A stretch of DNA of 64,000 nt from Candidatus Latescibacterota bacterium (GTDB lineage Bacteria > Latescibacterota > UBA2968 > UBA8231), in the NCBI GenBank assembly GCA_965243025.1, contig CBDETY010000003.1, positions 3,008,001 to 3,072,000 of the forward strand, read 5' to 3'. Both the position numbers and the translations under genes were made by a program. The notes under the pieces are model-generated. The model ran no database searches. It was not told the DNA's origin and saw nothing but the letters and a program-made list of their open reading frames with translations. This document shows, piece after piece, positions 60,376-64,000 of this stretch. The stretch's first letter is position 1. Each line of letters begins with the position of its first letter.

Positions 60376-60631
60376 CCTGAACAATCTTGTAGTCGATGGA
60401 AGGGTTCGGCTCCACAACGCGGACTGAATACTTAGCACCCAACTCAGGAACATGCACGTGGCGCAATTGTTTCAAAGCGTCTTCGACCCTTCGAACCGAA
60501 GACGAGTCACCTTGAACGACCAGCGTTAGTGGCTCTTCGGCGGGTTCGTCGCAGCTAGCCTCCAGGAGTGCCCCTACTCCTGAACAGATAATCCAGAGTC
60601 GTCGTCGCATCATGTTCTGATCTCGCATTTC

Positions 60632-60720
60632 GGGTAACGTCCGACAATTCCCGACAGCCCGAAGGGCTGTGCCGAAGGACGAGCGGCGAATGGCGCGCCG
60701 TGGGAATTGCTTTGATATAT
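60632..60720 (-). repeat. attC-like site with non-canonical R'' (ATATATC)
   Basis: caattccc/gggaattg stem, CAGCCC-GAA-GGGCTG hairpin, R' GTTACCC. Confidence 0.75.
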
Positions 60721-60791
60721 GACGTGTACTCTCAGAGGCAATGGGGTCCTGTTGGTGCACAATTTGTAAGATATCTTCGTTGAAACGCGAG

Positions 60792-61505
60792 CTACTCCGG
60801 CAGTCTTCCAGCTAACCATTCAATGGCGTTGAGGGTCCATGTCTCGTTTGACGCGCCCGCGAACAGATCTGTGCGGGAGTCGTCGAGGCTGGAAATGTGG
60901 CCCCCCGAGGTCATGACAACGGCCTTGCCCGCGATCGCCCCGGGCGGTTCTATTGCTGCGGCAAAATCGCCGACATTAGGGTCTTCACTACGGCCCAGGA
61001 CTGTGACGGAAGAACCCCGTCCCAAGGTCATTGAGCAGGATGTCCGGATCTGTAAGCCGTGGGGACAATTTTGCGAAATCGGATGGGAAGGGACCAGCAC
61101 TATTCGTGGCGTTCTAACCCACTCCTCATGGAATGTTACGGGCAAGTCCAACGTGCGAGCGACTTGATTCTGCGGTTCAACGAACCCCTTGTGATTGGCC
61201 ATGAGGAATAGACCACCACCGCGCGTAAAGAAATCGGTGATGGCGGCCAATTCGCCGTCCGAGAACGGAATACTTTTTCTTCTCCCCGAGATCACCAGGA
61301 CTCCGGCCTCGCGTAGGGAAGCCGCTTCGAGATCCGTAGGATCCATAGTGTAGCCACGGGCAGTGAGAGCGGAGGCAAGTCCAACCAACCGCTGTCCTCG
61401 CCAAGCGTCCCCTCGGGGCGGTTCACTATAGTTTTCAGGTTCCGTACCTTGATGTCGAATAACCTGATGACTTTTCGAATCGAAAGCCACTTTTACCATA
61501 ACCAT
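60792..61505 (-). CDS. Class I glutamine-amidotransferase-like fold (DUF4350/GldG-like) protein (cassette)
   Basis: FD..H, FSDGELAAITDFFTRGGGLFL, HPI, NAIEWL. Confidence 0.7.
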   Translation of the reverse strand: MVMVKVAFDSKSHQVIRHQGTEPENYSEPPRGDAWRGQRLVGLASALTARGYTMDPTDLEAASLREAGVLVISGRRKSIPFSDGELAAITDFFTRGGGLFLMANHKGFVEPQNQVARTLDLPVTFHEEWVRTPRIVLVPSHPISQNCPHGLQIRTSCSMTLGRGSSVTVLGRSEDPNVGDFAAAIEPPGAIAGKAVVMTSGGHISSLDDSRTDLFAGASNETWTLNAIEWLAGRLPE

Positions 61506-61534
61506 GGTACTATTCCAGTCACCTTATCCATGTC

Positions 61535-61624
61535 ATATATCGCTTTCCGGTTGCCGAACCCGCGAAGCGGGTTGCCGAAGGCCAAGGCGCCCGAGGGCGG
61601 GGCAGCGGCCACAGGTTGTTACCG
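61535..61624 (-). repeat. attC-like site with non-canonical R' (GATATAT)
   Basis: CGGTAAC...; aacccgc-GAA-gcgggtt and gcc-GAA-ggc hairpins. Confidence 0.8.
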
Positions 61625-61640
61625 GATGTGAGATCTCAAC

Positions 61641-62384
61641 CTACCCGAACCCGTTGGTCCGTATCCATTCGATTGACGACGAGATGCCCTCGTCAAGAGT
61701 TTCCAAGCACCACACAGCTTCCGGCGCATACTCCAGAAGAGCACTACACACCTCACCAATAGGGATAGTCCCTTGATCAAGAGCGAGGTGCTCGTCGGGC
61801 TCTCCGTGATTGTTGTGCATGTGAACCCACCCGATTCTGGGTCCAAGTCGTTCGACCCACGCTATCGGAGTCTCACGAGAGTTGCAATGGCAGTCCCCAA
61901 TATCGAGGCATACGTCCACTCGAGGATCATTGATTGCGTCGATCACTTCAGCTAGCAGGACGGCATCCCATCCGAGCATGTTCTCAACATGGTAGCGAAC
62001 AGAGGGTTCCTTGCACTCAAGGAAGTCATGCCAGAACGCCACACATCGAGACAACCAATTCTGCGGGGCGCTGGTGCCTGGGACGTATCCGTGGTGTAGG
62101 ATGATGTCGAAGCAATCTAGTTCACGGGCGAAGCGGCACGCCAGTTCGAATCGATGCCGGGTCACCTCCCGGATCATGGGATCATAGCTTCCAGCGCACA
62201 GATCCCCGAAAGGTCCGTGGAGTGAACGTAGCTGAAGATCATCCAGAGGTCTTTGTAATGCTGCCACCCTCTCTGGCTCGAGGAAAGACTGGATCTCGAT
62301 CCCATATCCATGTTGACGACAGACAGCGGCGTACTGGAGATCATCGACCGCAACCATAATGCGATGGGGTTTGTAACTCGTCAT
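61641..62384 (-). CDS. Sugar-phosphate isomerase/epimerase (AP endonuclease 2 fold) (cassette)
   Basis: SLHGPF, VENM, CLDIGD, HMHNN, DEHL, CLET; start at MTSYK after the attC. Confidence 0.88.
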   Translation of the reverse strand: MTSYKPHRIMVAVDDLQYAAVCRQHGYGIEIQSFLEPERVAALQRPLDDLQLRSLHGPFGDLCAGSYDPMIREVTRHRFELACRFARELDCFDIILHHGYVPGTSAPQNWLSRCVAFWHDFLECKEPSVRYHVENMLGWDAVLLAEVIDAINDPRVDVCLDIGDCHCNSRETPIAWVERLGPRIGWVHMHNNHGEPDEHLALDQGTIPIGEVCSALLEYAPEAVWCLETLDEGISSSIEWIRTNGFG

Positions 62385-62404
62385 CACTTCGCAAATCTCC
62401 TTTC

Positions 62405-62488
62405 CGGTAACGTTCTCGCCGTGCCAGAACCGCGAAGGGGTTGGGCGAAGGCACCTCAGCGCCGAAGCCGGGCACGGACGTGTTATAT
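62405..62488 (-). repeat. attC-like site, branched family
   Basis: ATATAAC-ACGT-CCGTGCC...GGCACGG-CGAGAAC-GTTACCG. Confidence 0.85.
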
Positions 62489-62514
62489 GCAGTGCCGCAA
62501 GCGCTGACAACACT

Positions 62515-63255
62515 TCACGGACCCTGTGCCTGGTAGACCCCAATTATTCGGTCAATACTCTTGGTATGAAGGCGCTCATGCCATACCAGGCGACGCAAAA
62601 CCTTCCCCACAGACCAGCCGCCGTGAGCATCTAAGAGATGAATTCGCGAAAGGTCTTGTTCTGCCTTCAACTTCTGTAATGCCTCGATTGTCACGTTTCG
62701 ATGTTTTAATAAGTTATGCTGCCACGGACCCTTACTGTCAGCGGGCGAAACGGTAGGACGGATACCAATGTTTGGCAAGTAATAGTGAGTTTCTACGTTT
62801 GCGATGTGCACAAGAATCTGTCGGATTGTTCGCCAGTTCGCCCAAGTTGAAAAACGGCGATAGGGCGGATTCCAATCTAAGGCGTTGTCCGACAACTCAG
62901 CGACCTGCCTCAGAAGGTCTGTGCGTGTGGCATGAAGTAAATCGATTGTCTCATCAATCAATGAAGGTGTTACCGGCTGGTAATCCCAGTCGAACAGTAT
63001 CTCGTTTCCGCTGACCTGTTCGGCAACCTCCACTTTGGGTAGCTCTAACCCCACTCGGCACGGCACGCCACACCTTTCGCGAAACCGAATGTACTCCAGC
63101 AGTCTGTCGGGGACCTTTGCAAGGACTTCGTTTTCGGTCTCTCTCCATGTAGCAAAGCCGAGATAAGATGGAATCCAGGCATGGTATCCCGCTTCCCCAT
63201 CTTCGTCGAAAGCTCTGTGGAGGTAAACTTTTGAACTCGCTCTCGGCTCAAGCAC
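62515..63255 (-). CDS. HicB-like N-terminal domain + DinB-family protein (cassette)
   Basis: AW.P...G..T..ET; TIRQILVHIANVE.HY; WSVGKVLRRLVWHERLH. Confidence 0.8.
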   Translation of the reverse strand: MLEPRASSKVYLHRAFDEDGEAGYHAWIPSYLGFATWRETENEVLAKVPDRLLEYIRFRERCGVPCRVGLELPKVEVAEQVSGNEILFDWDYQPVTPSLIDETIDLLHATRTDLLRQVAELSDNALDWNPPYRRFSTWANWRTIRQILVHIANVETHYYLPNIGIRPTVSPADSKGPWQHNLLKHRNVTIEALQKLKAEQDLSRIHLLDAHGGWSVGKVLRRLVWHERLHTKSIDRIIGVYQAQGP

Positions 63256-63310
63256 TCTGATCCTGGACCTTTCTGTGCCTCATTGCATGTCCTCTCTCAG
63301 TCCGCATTGC

Positions 63311-63406
63311 ATATAACGTCTCACCGATTACCGAACTCGCCGAAGGCGAGTTGCCGACAGGCCAAGGTTGGAGAAGCCAGCCGCAGCGGTAAACGAGTGG
63401 TTAGTG
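63311..63406 (-). repeat. attC-like site, branched family
   Basis: CACTAAC...GAGACGTTATAT; CTCGCC-GAA-GGCGAG hairpin. Confidence 0.85.
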
Positions 63407-63469
63407 GATGTGCGATTCTCTCCAAGAACAGCCGGTATGAGGAGAAAAACTCTCAGTCTCTCAGGACAC

Positions 63470-63910
63470 TCAGACAGACGAACGAACAGGTCTTGATGCC
63501 CAGCCTAGGGTTCCAACGCCACCGATGGTTGCCGCGGTTCCAACCACCATCCCCACGATGGTCCCTCCGCCGCATTCCTCGACGCCCAACTCCATTAGTC
63601 TCCAATACTGGTAGAGAGTCCCGACGAAGACCGGAAGCATCCCGATTGCGATTGCTGTCAACCGCTGCCCCACACTGAACTCCTTCAGAAAGCGCCTACC
63701 CAAATTGTACCATACAAAAAGCGTCCCGGCACCGAAGATCGCGAAGACAGCTAGCATTACCAGTCCGAATGGAACTCCCTCGACCGGATTGTTGAGAAGG
63801 GCGTAAAAGACGCCTATGAACAGCGCCATCATGCTGACCGCAGTGGCCAGGAGCGCGACCCCAGCCCCCCCGGGACTACCAAGCAGATCAAGAAAGCGTC
63901 GAATACTCAT
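63470..63910 (-). CDS. Hypothetical membrane protein, ~4 TM (cassette)
   Basis: Four hydrophobic segments; GAGGTG RBS; lies between attC sites. Confidence 0.75.
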   Translation of the reverse strand: MSIRRFLDLLGSPGGAGVALLATAVSMMALFIGVFYALLNNPVEGVPFGLVMLAVFAIFGAGTLFVWYNLGRRFLKEFSVGQRLTAIAIGMLPVFVGTLYQYWRLMELGVEECGGGTIVGMVVGTAATIGGVGTLGWASRPVRSSV

Positions 63911-63957
63911 TCCGCATCCACCTCAAGGCTCAAGGTTCCCTAATTCTATCGCATTTC

Positions 63958-64000
63958 CACTAACGTTTTGACAGGACTCCGAACCGGCGTCAGCCGGTTG
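63958..64000 (-). repeat. attC-like site (partial, runs off the window)
   Basis: cactaacgttttg...ccgaaccggc..gccggttg. Confidence 0.7.

Larger units (their letters stand above)
57835..60613 (-). pseudogene. Small exported-protein cassette gene split by IS3 and IS630
   Basis: Removing both IS restores one frame: ..PSIDYKIVQ-VYPDTTVDYTIAVIDPKSGVDLSPLSRQL-DDAIRAVPQE*. Confidence 0.85.

Noticed and set aside
62385-62543. N-terminal extension of the 300-aa ORF (similarly 36346-36798, 46775-46981, 60639-60760)
   Set aside because: These run through an attC, a promoter or the upstream gene; downstream starts fit family N-termini better.
54929-64000. CRISPR array or REP/BIME interpretation of the repeats
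   Set aside because: Repeats are 59-96 bp, divergent and separated by whole genes; there are no cas genes, and strict gene-linked orientation with cassette-end complementarity fits attC.

Overview
GC-rich bacterial window heavily disrupted by insertion sequences (IS21, IS3 x5 copies/fragments, IS1595, IS1182/IS5-like, IS1380, IS256, IS630 x2 plus a fragment). Three layers can be read. (1) 7-21 kb is a decayed defence-island-like region: an AT-rich three-gene operon ending in an ADP-ribosyltransferase-like ORF, a 5'-truncated giant PD-(D/E)xK + HerA/DUF87 ATPase (DptH/MAD8-like), an Mrr-type nuclease fused to a beta-propeller, and a HEPN protein. (2) 30.7-50 kb is a sigma54 two-component system with a HlyD adaptor, two ABC ATPases and five intact MacB/FtsX-type permeases plus remnants. 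(3) The most striking feature is an integron-type gene-cassette array with no integrase in the window, at 21.0-22.4 kb and 50.7-64 kb. Single small genes alternate with 59-113 bp attC-like palindromes, most from one unusual branched family with GAA-loop mini-hairpins. In seven cassettes the start is complementary over 9-17 bp to the cassette's own downstream R'' box, one cassette carries a co-varied non-canonical GAT core, and the array is split into convergent halves. All calls rest on motif recognition by eye; no database searches were run. No rRNA, tRNA or CRISPR array was seen.
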